Assembly: GCA_963675665.1 (NCBI GenBank)
Contig: OY776510.1
Span: forward strand, 2,720,001 to 2,784,000
DNA length: 64,000 nt
Source: Spirochaetia bacterium
GTDB lineage: Bacteria > Spirochaetota > Spirochaetia > UBA9216
Direction: 5' to 3'
Shown here: one piece after another, positions 19,212 to 28,281 of the stretch
Layout: each line of letters starts with the position of its first letter
Position numbering within the stretch: the stretch's first letter is position 1
Translations under genes and position numbers: made by a program
The notes under the pieces: generated by a model
The model's input: only the letters and a program-made list of their open reading frames with translations
Told to the model about the DNA's origin: nothing
Databases searched by the model: none

Positions 19212-19254
19212 AAAAAAGCCCCGGCAATTTCCAAGTTGGGAAACGACCGGAGCC
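19212..19254 (-). terminator. Intrinsic terminator after hflC
   Basis: Minus strand GGCTCCGG...CCGGGGC hairpin followed by a T run. Confidence 0.7.
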
Positions 19255-19299
19255 TCCATATATTAAACATCCGGAAGGGTATTCCGGATATATTCGAAC

Positions 19300-20280
19300 C
19301 TACCGCCCTGTCTGTTCGTACAGATAATTGAAGTACTCCATATCTGTAGTGAGCGTTTTACTGAATTTTGGAAGTACAGTCCTGTACGATTCAATAGACC
19401 TCCAGAACTCAAAAAATTCAGGATCGGCTTTATACGATTCGGAATAAATCCTTGTTGCCTCGGCATCTGCTGTACCCTTGATGCTTTCTGATTTCTCATA
19501 CGCTTCTGAAAGAATTGAACGCTTATTATTATCAAGCTTGCCAAGCCATTCTGCTTTCTGTCCTTCACCAAAGGAACGGAATGCCTGCGCAACCTGATTT
19601 CTTTCTTTGATCATTCTGTTATAAACAGACTGGGTTAAATCGTCCGAATATCGAATCTGCCTGATGATTATATCCTTTAATTCAATTCCGAACTGCGGCA
19701 CTATGATTTTAGCGCTTGTATACATTTCATCTGAAAGTTTTTCACGTCCCTTTTCAATGCTTTCAAGTTGAGTTTCGGTTACCGTCAGGTTTCTGAGCGC
19801 CTTTGAGCTTTCCTCATCCTCTATCTGAATATTTTCCTCAATTACATTTTCATTTATATAATTTGAGTTTCGTACAGCTTCACGCAGAAGGTTTCCGGCA
19901 ATTACCGTTCTGACGGATGAGTCTATAACATCATCCATTCTGGCATAGGCCTGCTCAAGGGTTGTGACGGACTCATAAAATTTAACAGGGTCTGTGATCA
20001 GCCATCTTGCAGTTGCATCAACCCAGATAAACTGGTTTTCGGCAGTCGGTATTCTCTGGGCATCACCATCCCATGACAGCATTTTTTTTGGGTATTTTAC
20101 AACATTGTCCACAAAGGGCATTTTAAATTTCAATCCGGCTTCAACATTTGAGTCGATTATAGCTCCGAACCGGGTGACTACGGCCTGTTCACCTTCATTC
20201 AGTACATAAAAAGGACCGGCCGCGAAAACAATGATTAAGATTACAGCAATTATTACGATGTTACGCACTAACTTGTTCAT
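19300..20280 (-). CDS. hflC: FtsH modulator HflC
   Basis: SPFH domain, 'GLKFKMPF', 'NRMIKER', 'DPEFFEFWRS'; follows hflK. Confidence 0.95.
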   Translation of the reverse strand: MNKLVRNIVIIAVILIIVFAAGPFYVLNEGEQAVVTRFGAIIDSNVEAGLKFKMPFVDNVVKYPKKMLSWDGDAQRIPTAENQFIWVDATARWLITDPVKFYESVTTLEQAYARMDDVIDSSVRTVIAGNLLREAVRNSNYINENVIEENIQIEDEESSKALRNLTVTETQLESIEKGREKLSDEMYTSAKIIVPQFGIELKDIIIRQIRYSDDLTQSVYNRMIKERNQVAQAFRSFGEGQKAEWLGKLDNNKRSILSEAYEKSESIKGTADAEATRIYSESYKADPEFFEFWRSIESYRTVLPKFSKTLTTDMEYFNYLYEQTGR

Positions 20281-21251
20281 TGGACACCTCCCTGAAGCGA
20301 TTTAAGCGGAAGGAAGTTGTCAAGGTTTTTATCAATAATATCAGTGCCTTCATCATTTCCGAAAACATCTTCAATCATTTCTATATAAAGCCTTGAACGT
20401 GTAACGTCTTTGCTTTTCTGATATTCGGCAAGAACGGAATTGAATCTTGCAACATTTCCTTTTGCCTCGTTTACACGCTCTGTAGCATAACCCTCTGCAA
20501 CCTGTATCATCTGGGCTGCCTGGCCCTGTGCAAGAGGTATTTCGTTATTGTATGCTTCTTTTCCCTCGTTGATGAACTTTTCCATATCCTGAATAGCCAT
20601 GTTAACGTCTTCGTATGCGTCCTGAACTTCTCCCATCGGCGGGACGATATTTTTAAGCTGAACGGTGGTTACAGTAATTCCGAGATCATAATTATTGAAG
20701 ATCGAGTTCATCTCTTCCTGCGCCTGCAGTGATATTGTGGTACGTTCAGAGCCCATAACGTTCAGAATGGCGCGGTCTCCGACAAGCATGTTTATAACCG
20801 ACTGGGATATGTCCCGAATAGTCTTGGTCCTGTTTTCCACTTTGAAGAGCCATTTGTATGGATCAACAATTCTGTACTGAATGACCCATTCGACATCAAC
20901 AATATTAAGATCCCCGGTAAGCATTATCGATTCTTCCGGATAATCCGACTTGTCATAGATAGTTGATACGCCCGCCTGCTGGGTTCTGAATCCGAAAGGC
21001 ATTGTTTGTACTACTTGAGTTGGAACATTGAAATTCTTTTCTATTCCGAACGGCATTTTTCCGTGCAGTCCGGGGCCTGTGATACGGTTGTATCGGCCAA
21101 AGAGCAGAATTACAGACTGTTCCGTCTGATCGACCATATAAAAACTGGTCAGAATTCCGGCAAGCACAATAACTACAATAAGTACGATTGCAATCATTTT
21201 CGGTTTGACTCTGAAACTGCGCTTGTCAGGTCCGACGTTTCTTTCTGACAT
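20277..21251 (-). CDS. hflK: FtsH modulator HflK
   Basis: 'MLTGDLNIVDV', 'QYRIVDP', 'AEGYA', 'RLYIE'. Confidence 0.95.
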   Translation of the reverse strand: MSERNVGPDKRSFRVKPKMIAIVLIVVIVLAGILTSFYMVDQTEQSVILLFGRYNRITGPGLHGKMPFGIEKNFNVPTQVVQTMPFGFRTQQAGVSTIYDKSDYPEESIMLTGDLNIVDVEWVIQYRIVDPYKWLFKVENRTKTIRDISQSVINMLVGDRAILNVMGSERTTISLQAQEEMNSIFNNYDLGITVTTVQLKNIVPPMGEVQDAYEDVNMAIQDMEKFINEGKEAYNNEIPLAQGQAAQMIQVAEGYATERVNEAKGNVARFNSVLAEYQKSKDVTRSRLYIEMIEDVFGNDEGTDIIDKNLDNFLPLKSLQGGVQ

Positions 21252-21428
21252 ATTTCCTCCTGTTTAATTGAAGCATTTTGATTTAGCTCCTTATTTAGAG
21301 GTTACTCATGAACAGAAGCCTAGTCAAGGAAAAAAAGGGCCGTCGGAGACAATGCGGTAATAAAATTGTCTCAATAAAATGAATGTGTTCCGTGAATAAA
21401 ACATAAAATCTGATCGTGTGGTCTCTCG

Positions 21429-21463
21429 TTGACTCACCTTTGTGAAAAAGCTAAAATGCGTCC
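21429..21463 (+). promoter_or_regulatory. Sigma70 promoter implying a leaderless metG transcript
   Basis: TTGACT-N17-TAAAAT-N6-ATG, no Shine-Dalgarno. Confidence 0.7.
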
Positions 21464-23677
21464 ATGAAGAAGAGACTTGTTACCTCGGCACTGCCATATG
21501 TTAATAATATTCCTCACTTGGGGAACCTGATTCAGGTTCTTTCAGCCGATGTTTTTGCGCGGTTCTGCCGCCTCCGCGGTTATGAAACGTTATATGTCTG
21601 CGGCACCGACGAATACGGAACAGCAACCGAAACAAAAGCGCTTGAAGAAGGTGTCAGTCCCCGTGAGCTTTGTGATCATTATCATGCAATACATACTGAA
21701 ATTTATGAGTGGTTCAATATTGCTTTTGATAAATGGGGCAGAACCTCAACGCCCGAGCAAACCGAGGTTACGCAGCATATATTTACAAAACTTGATGAAG
21801 CCGGCTATATCAAGGAAAAAACCGATACCCAGCTGTTTTGCGACAGCTGCGACCGGTTTCTTGCAGACCGGTATGTTCTCGGTACATGCCCGCACTGCGG
21901 ATATGAAGAAGCCCGCGGTGATCAGTGTGAGAATTGCGGAAAACTGCTTGATCCGGCGGAGCTTGAAAAGCCCAGGTGCGGTACATGCGGCAATACACCG
22001 CATGAAAGGGACACTAATCATCTTTATATTGATCTTCCGGGCATTCTTCCGCTTCTTGAGAAATGGATGAAGGAAACCTCGGTGCGCGGCCGCTGGGCAA
22101 ACAATGCAATTCAGATGACAAAGAGCTGGATCCGCGACGGTCTTCATGAACGTTGCATTACCCGCGATTTAAAGTGGGGAATACCCGTTCCCAGGGACGG
22201 TTACCGGGATAAGGTTTTTTATGTCTGGTTTGATGCGCCGATCGGATATATTTCAATAACCGCGACCCATACCGAAAAATGGAAAGACTGGTGGATGAAT
22301 CCTGATGAGGTAGATTTGTTTCAATTCATCGGCAAGGACAATATTCCGTTTCACACGGTTATTTTTCCGTCGTCGCTTTTGGGGTCGGGAGAAAACTGGA
22401 CCAAGCTTTATCACATGTCGTCGTCGGAATACCTTAACTATGAAGACGGTAAATTCTCGAAAAGCAAGGGAGTAGGTGTGTTCGGCACCGATGCCCGTGA
22501 TACCGGAATTCCTGCTGACGTATGGCGGTTCTACATTTATTACAACCGGCCTGAAAAGGCTGATGTTCAATTTACCTGGAAGGATTTTCAGGAAAAAGTC
22601 AATTCCGAGTTGATCGGCAACCTGGGTAACCTTGTTAACCGAACTCTTACTTTTTTAAAGAAACAGTTCGATGGAAAGGTTCCGGCTGCTGCAGAAGAAA
22701 GTCAGTTTACAAAAGATGCGAAGGCAAAAATTTCCGAAATAACCGAGCATCTGGAATGGGCTGAACTTCGCGACGGAATAAGAAAGACCTTTGAGCTCGC
22801 GGATATGGGAAACAAGGCCTTTCAGGCGGGCGAGCCCTGGAAAATAATAAAAGAGGACAGGGACGCAGCCGGTGTTCTCCTGCATGAGCTTGTTTACCTG
22901 GTTCGGGATCTGGGAATCCTGATTTCTCCGTATCTTCCGGCAACCTCAGAGAAAATAGCCGGTTTCCTTGGTAATCCGGAGATGAACTGGGCAAGTCTGG
23001 GCCGACGGGACGACCTTGTCGAAATCGGAAAACCGAGTCTGCTTTTTAAAAAACTTGAAGATGATGAGATTGATGCGTTCAGATTGAAATTTGCCGGCAG
23101 CCAGAAAGAAAGGGAAGCCGAAGAGAAAAAAGCGGCGGATAAGGCGGCGCAGGACGCCAGTGAAGAATTGACTCCCGAACAGTTGTTCCGCAGTCGCATA
23201 GATTTGCGGGTTGCAAAGATTGTGGAAGTTGAGCGTCACCCTGAAGCCGATAAACTTTTTATTATACAGCTTGACGACGGTACTGATGAACCGCGACAAA
23301 TTGTGTCCAGCATTGTGCCTTACTATAAAGAAGAGGAACTTCAGGATCGCAACCTGATTGTTGTTTCAAATTTGAAGCCGGCCAAATTCAGGGGAACAAA
23401 GAGTTTCGGAATGCTTCTTGCCGCGGAAGGACCGACTGCCGACGGCAGCGAAACCTGCGAAGTTATTTTTGCCGACGATCTTGCTCCGGGAACGCGCATT
23501 CATCTTGAAGGCGACGACCCGGCTGATCTGCCGGATTGTCCCGGGATAAAAGCCGACAAATTCTTTGCCGTCCCAATGAAAACGGAAGACGGCAGGGTCA
23601 AGGTCGGTAATACCCCGATAGGTGCGGGCAACACCAGGCTTATGACCGGAACAGTTCTTAACGCCGAGGTCGGCTGA
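21464..23677 (+). CDS. metG: Methionyl-tRNA synthetase with C-terminal tRNA-binding domain
   Basis: 'PHLGN' (HIGH), zinc knuckles, 'YVWFDAPIGY', 'KFSKS' (KMSKS), C-terminal EMAP/Trbp111 domain. Confidence 0.97.
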   Translation: MKKRLVTSALPYVNNIPHLGNLIQVLSADVFARFCRLRGYETLYVCGTDEYGTATETKALEEGVSPRELCDHYHAIHTEIYEWFNIAFDKWGRTSTPEQTEVTQHIFTKLDEAGYIKEKTDTQLFCDSCDRFLADRYVLGTCPHCGYEEARGDQCENCGKLLDPAELEKPRCGTCGNTPHERDTNHLYIDLPGILPLLEKWMKETSVRGRWANNAIQMTKSWIRDGLHERCITRDLKWGIPVPRDGYRDKVFYVWFDAPIGYISITATHTEKWKDWWMNPDEVDLFQFIGKDNIPFHTVIFPSSLLGSGENWTKLYHMSSSEYLNYEDGKFSKSKGVGVFGTDARDTGIPADVWRFYIYYNRPEKADVQFTWKDFQEKVNSELIGNLGNLVNRTLTFLKKQFDGKVPAAAEESQFTKDAKAKISEITEHLEWAELRDGIRKTFELADMGNKAFQAGEPWKIIKEDRDAAGVLLHELVYLVRDLGILISPYLPATSEKIAGFLGNPEMNWASLGRRDDLVEIGKPSLLFKKLEDDEIDAFRLKFAGSQKEREAEEKKAADKAAQDASEELTPEQLFRSRIDLRVAKIVEVERHPEADKLFIIQLDDGTDEPRQIVSSIVPYYKEEELQDRNLIVVSNLKPAKFRGTKSFGMLLAAEGPTADGSETCEVIFADDLAPGTRIHLEGDDPADLPDCPGIKADKFFAVPMKTEDGRVKVGNTPIGAGNTRLMTGTVLNAEVG

Positions 23678-23684
23678 TACCGAT

Positions 23685-24833
23685 ATGACAAAGATCTCCC
23701 TCGACCGGATTGAGCTGCAGGAAATCGGGCTGCATGATAATATGCTTCAATCCGCTTTCTGGGGGAAGCTTAAATCGGAATTCGGCTGGAACGCTCTGGC
23801 GTTCAGGCACGGCTGTGAAACAGCTGAATCAGCAGGTTCGTGTTATCTTCTTGTGCTTGTCCGCGAACTGGCAGCAGGGCTATCGCTGGCGTATATTCCT
23901 CACGGCCCCATGACAGGTCGGTTCGACGGGACAGCAGATATAAAGGAGCAATGGGATTTTGCTGCTGAACTTGCGGTTTTGTTGCGTCCGCATCTGCCTG
24001 GCGGCTGTATGTTTGTCCGTTTTGATCCGCCGTGGGGAGTCCTTGGTGATTCTTCCGGGGGAACCCCCGCAGACTATCCCGCCGAGAAATTGTCGCCCCG
24101 GAATATATCAAACCCTGCAGCTAAATCTTTCCGCAAAGCCGCCATGGATATCCAGCCGCCGAGTACAGTTATTCTTGATTTAAGTAAAACCGAAGAAGAA
24201 CTTCTTGCCGGCATGAAATCAAAAACACGTTATAACATACGTCTCGCTGCAAAAAAAGGCGTAACGGTTAAAATCACCGGAATTGAAGACTTGCCTGAAT
24301 GGTACGATCTTTACCGGATTACTGCCGAGCGGGATAAAATTGCTCTGCACAGCTACGATTATTATGAAAGAATATTCAATCTCGCTGCCGAACAGTCCGA
24401 AGCTGAATCGGGAGATGAAATAAAGAAAACTCCGGCATTACAGTTACTACAGGCTGTTATAGACGGTACGGCTGAAGCCGGTATTATTACTTCCAGGCAG
24501 GGAGCACGGGGGGCTGATTGCCGCGCAATATATCTGTATGGAGCGTCGTCAAACAACAAGCGTAACCATATGCCGTCGTATGCTCTGCAATGGGAAGCGA
24601 TTAAACAGGCCTCAGCCGCCGGCTGTACAAGTTATGATTTTTTCGGCATACCGCCTGTTGATAACCCGGAACACCCGATGTATGGACTCTACCGTTTCAA
24701 AACAGGTTTCGGTGGGAACATCCTTCACAGACCCGGTTGCTGGGATTTTCCCTATCATAAAGCTGCCTATGCTGCCTACAGTGCCGCTGAAAAGCTGCGG
24801 TACTATTATTATAAGAAACTTCGCAAGAAGTGA
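23685..24833 (+). CDS. FemABX/FemX-family peptidoglycan bridge aminoacyltransferase
   Basis: 'LQSAFWG.LK..FGW', 'MKSKTRYNIRLA.KKGV', 'YLYGAS', 'YDFFG', 'GLYRFKTGFGG'. Confidence 0.92.
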   Translation: MTKISLDRIELQEIGLHDNMLQSAFWGKLKSEFGWNALAFRHGCETAESAGSCYLLVLVRELAAGLSLAYIPHGPMTGRFDGTADIKEQWDFAAELAVLLRPHLPGGCMFVRFDPPWGVLGDSSGGTPADYPAEKLSPRNISNPAAKSFRKAAMDIQPPSTVILDLSKTEEELLAGMKSKTRYNIRLAAKKGVTVKITGIEDLPEWYDLYRITAERDKIALHSYDYYERIFNLAAEQSEAESGDEIKKTPALQLLQAVIDGTAEAGIITSRQGARGADCRAIYLYGASSNNKRNHMPSYALQWEAIKQASAAGCTSYDFFGIPPVDNPEHPMYGLYRFKTGFGGNILHRPGCWDFPYHKAAYAAYSAAEKLRYYYYKKLRKK

Positions 24834-24914
24834 TCTTCCCGCCGATAAAAACCTTCAATATACCTGTCAGCCGTCTTTACAAAGCTGTATAAATATTTCA
24901 TAAGTTTAAGTTAT

Positions 24915-24998
24915 ATGATGAAACGCACAATAATTTTATTTCCGGCGGGCTTTGAAAAGCCGCAAAAGAAACTTGATATGGATCATAACAAAAGGTAA
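24915..24998 (+). CDS. 27-aa leader ORF duplicating the N-terminus of the downstream MFS transporter
   Basis: MMKRTIILFPAGFEKPQKKLDMDHNKR*; its TAA abuts the MFS ATG in the same frame. Confidence 0.5.
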   Translation: MMKRTIILFPAGFEKPQKKLDMDHNKR

Positions 24999-26219
24999 AT
25001 GATGAAACGCACAATAATCTTATTTCCAGCGGCTTTTTTGATGAACATGAGTCTGCAGATGATAAATTTTGCAGTGATCTTTTTTCTAAGGGACTTTGTC
25101 GGGATATCTCCATCTTCAATCGGCTGGTTTTTTGCCGCCGGCTCTGGATGTTATGCTGCCGGTTGTATCCTTCTAAGACCGGTGCAGAATAAGTTGATAC
25201 CCCCGGTATCGATGTTTATTGCTCTTGCCATGACGGTTTTTTCTCTTTTTATGATAAAAGGATCTACTACTCCCGCTTCAGTGCTTGTTTATTTTCTGAT
25301 TTTTTCAACTGCGCCCGCTTTTTTCTGGCCGCAGGTAATGGGCTGGTTTTCATACGGCCTCAGCAACAGGGAACTAAGCAAGTCGATATCCCGTTTTAAT
25401 ATCTCCTGGTCAAGCGGGGCTCTGTGCGGTCCCTTTCTCGGCGGGATCCTTGCCGAGCGAAATATAATGATGTCATTCTACATCGATATAGCTGTAATAA
25501 CAGGAATGGGTGTTCTAATACTGCTGGGACTGGTATTCCTCAAGGATATGCGAAGGTTTCCGGTACTCAGTAAACCGGCGCCGTCTGGTCCCGCCACTCA
25601 CGAGGCTGGTCTCGAACAAAAAGCTGAAAGCGCTGATGAACTTCTAAACGACGGCAAGGGCACAATCCTGAGATTCGCCGGCTGGATCGGGGTATTTTCA
25701 GCTTATATCGTGCTGGGTCTTATAAATAATATTTTCCCGTTATTCATAAGAGACACACTCGGTTTTGGAGAAAGTGTTGCCGGGAATATACTTTTTGTCA
25801 GGGGAATCCTGTCTGCCGTCGGTTTTTTTCTTCTTGGAAAGGTTGTCTTCTGGCATTTTAACAAAAGAGTTATGCTGATAACACAAACAGCTGTCGCTTC
25901 AGTAATGATTCTGTTAATTTTCATTAAGGCTGTTCCCGGTTTTTATTTGTTATTTATAATTTTCGGATTACTTTTTTCAATGTCTTATTCCAATGGTATT
26001 TTTCATGGTTCAGCCGGGACATTTGACAGGGGCAGGCGAATGGCCCTGTTTGAAGCCTTTCTGACAATCGGTGTAATACTGGGATCGGTCAGCGGGGGGT
26101 ATCTCTTTCAATACTATTCCATTCATACGGCTTTTATTTTCAGTGCGGCAGTAATTGCCGGAGGGCTGATTGTACAGATGCTGATCTTTGCTGTTGCGGC
26201 ACGGAAGGGTCTGAGATAA
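24999..26219 (+). CDS. MFS transporter
   Basis: Two 6-TM bundles with hydrophilic central loop; 'GALCGPFLGG', 'GSVSGG'. Confidence 0.88.
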   Translation: MMKRTIILFPAAFLMNMSLQMINFAVIFFLRDFVGISPSSIGWFFAAGSGCYAAGCILLRPVQNKLIPPVSMFIALAMTVFSLFMIKGSTTPASVLVYFLIFSTAPAFFWPQVMGWFSYGLSNRELSKSISRFNISWSSGALCGPFLGGILAERNIMMSFYIDIAVITGMGVLILLGLVFLKDMRRFPVLSKPAPSGPATHEAGLEQKAESADELLNDGKGTILRFAGWIGVFSAYIVLGLINNIFPLFIRDTLGFGESVAGNILFVRGILSAVGFFLLGKVVFWHFNKRVMLITQTAVASVMILLIFIKAVPGFYLLFIIFGLLFSMSYSNGIFHGSAGTFDRGRRMALFEAFLTIGVILGSVSGGYLFQYYSIHTAFIFSAAVIAGGLIVQMLIFAVAARKGLR

Positions 26220-26298
26220 AAAATATTTCTACAAAAAGAACATAAATCGTGTTACGATTTTATCGCTAATACGTAATATTTAAAAAGAGAGGACTGAA

Positions 26299-28191
26299 AT
26301 GAAGAGTAGAAATATTCTGAGACTTATTCCGATTATTATGGTTTTTTTATTAATTGTATCCTGTGCATCGAAACCTGCGGAAAAAAGCGATGTAGCCGTG
26401 GGTTTAACCGAAATAAATGAAATTGAGAAAGAGCCTGATAAAAGGGATGCAGAACCTGCTGAAGAAGGCGGTATAATTGATGATGCTGATTACGGCGTCA
26501 GGGAATCAGAGATAACCGCTGCTGAAAAGATGATGCCGATGATGATTGAAGAGACAGATGTCGGATTAGACGGTTCCTTCGCCATGAAAAGTGCTGTTCC
26601 GGGTACAATTGCCTCCGGTTCAGCGTCCGGAGTTCCTGGGCAATCCGGGCTCAAAGCCGGTTACGAAGATGACAATCGGCAGTACAGCTATTTCCTGAAA
26701 TTTCTTGAAGATTTCAGGGAAAATGTTACCGCCCTGGATCTTGATGTTTCGGAACGTATTACCCTGAAGTTTCTGGATGCTGAAGGCAAAACAGTTCCGG
26801 GCGCATTGGTGCGAGCGTCGGCAGGAAAGAATGTTGTCGGAGGATTTACCCTGGCCGACGGAAGTTTCCAGATAAATCCGTCCGAAATCTTCCCGTCTGA
26901 TTCGGATGAAAACCGGACTTTGAAGATAGAAATAGACGGAGGTCCGGCGATGCCCGGGTTTTCGGAGAAACTTGATATTTTACGAAACGGTGAAAGAGCC
27001 GTTGAGATTACCTCAGACAGGCTTCGTGTCATTCCCGAGCCGGTTCCTCTTGATGTCGTTTTTGTTATGGATACGACCGGCAGCATGGGAGAAGAGATCA
27101 GCCGTTTAAAGAATACCATACAGATAATACATATGAATCTGAGTACTCTGTCGGTTGCGGCCGACGTCAGGTTCGGTATGGTTCTGTACAGGGATGTAGG
27201 CGATGAATACAGAACGAGCGTAATACCGCTGACCGGTGATATTGATGAATTTCAGATTGCTCTGAATGAGGTTGAGGCTTCCGGAGGTGGCGATATGCCT
27301 GAAGATCTTGAAGCTGCGCTTGAAGATCTGGTTAAGTCCATGAAATGGAACAACAGCGGCATAAAACTGGCCTACGTTATTACCGATGCGCCTCCCCATC
27401 TTGATTACAATAGTATGTATACCTGCTCCGATGCTGTACGTGATGCCCGAAGGAAGGGGATAAAGATATATGGCATCGGTACCGGCGGACTTGATCTGCA
27501 GGGAGAATACAACCTTCGGCAGATTGCACAATATACATCCGCACGGTATATTTTCCTTACCTACGGCAGCGAAACCGGCGAATCAGAGGGAGGCGCGCCG
27601 GGCAGCGTAAGTCATCACACAGGCGCAAACTGGAGTTCGGACAAGCTTGAATCAATAATAATCAGGTTTACACGTGAAGAGCTTTCCTATCTCACTGATT
27701 CTCCTCTTCTTGATGAAGACCCCTGGTTTGAAGCCGGCATGACAGATACGGAAGAAGCCGAAGAAACCCTCGCGTCGCTTTTCAGCCAGGCTCTTGAGCA
27801 GCTGATTGATTTTTCATCCATACCCCTGAGTACGGAGAACGCTCTTGCAGTACTGCCGTTTCAGTTTGAGGGAGTAAATGCCGCTGATGCAGAATACTTT
27901 AATGAACATCTTGTCCTTGCTGCAGGCGGTAATAAAAGAATCAGGCTTGCCGAGCGAAAAGACATAGGGCAGCTGTTAAACGAGATAGAGTTTCAGAATA
28001 TCGGGGTAACTGATGATGATACAGTTGTCGAGATAGGAGAATTCCTGAATGCGGATATCCTTTTAAGCGGAAATCTGTTTATGAAAGACGGGAAATATGA
28101 GCTTTTTCTCAAACTGCTGCGGGTTGAAACTGCCGAGATTTTGTCGGTTACGCGTGCAGTAATTGACGTTAAGCTGGGTTTGCTTGAATAA
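26299..28191 (+). CDS. Lipoprotein with von Willebrand A domain and C-terminal CsgG/FlgO-like domain
   Basis: Lipobox 'IVSC'; MIDAS 'DTTGSM', 'GGGDMPE', 'ITDAPPH'; C-terminal 'ERKDI..LLNEIEFQ..G', 'LLRVETAEI'. Confidence 0.85.
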   Translation: MKSRNILRLIPIIMVFLLIVSCASKPAEKSDVAVGLTEINEIEKEPDKRDAEPAEEGGIIDDADYGVRESEITAAEKMMPMMIEETDVGLDGSFAMKSAVPGTIASGSASGVPGQSGLKAGYEDDNRQYSYFLKFLEDFRENVTALDLDVSERITLKFLDAEGKTVPGALVRASAGKNVVGGFTLADGSFQINPSEIFPSDSDENRTLKIEIDGGPAMPGFSEKLDILRNGERAVEITSDRLRVIPEPVPLDVVFVMDTTGSMGEEISRLKNTIQIIHMNLSTLSVAADVRFGMVLYRDVGDEYRTSVIPLTGDIDEFQIALNEVEASGGGDMPEDLEAALEDLVKSMKWNNSGIKLAYVITDAPPHLDYNSMYTCSDAVRDARRKGIKIYGIGTGGLDLQGEYNLRQIAQYTSARYIFLTYGSETGESEGGAPGSVSHHTGANWSSDKLESIIIRFTREELSYLTDSPLLDEDPWFEAGMTDTEEAEETLASLFSQALEQLIDFSSIPLSTENALAVLPFQFEGVNAADAEYFNEHLVLAAGGNKRIRLAERKDIGQLLNEIEFQNIGVTDDDTVVEIGEFLNADILLSGNLFMKDGKYELFLKLLRVETAEILSVTRAVIDVKLGLLE

Positions 28192-28281
28192 AAAACAGAC
28201 AGGATCTTCACGTTATTGTCTTTTTTTTAAAGTTAAATCTTTATATAGTATATAAGGAATAACTTGAAAAGGGATCATCAG

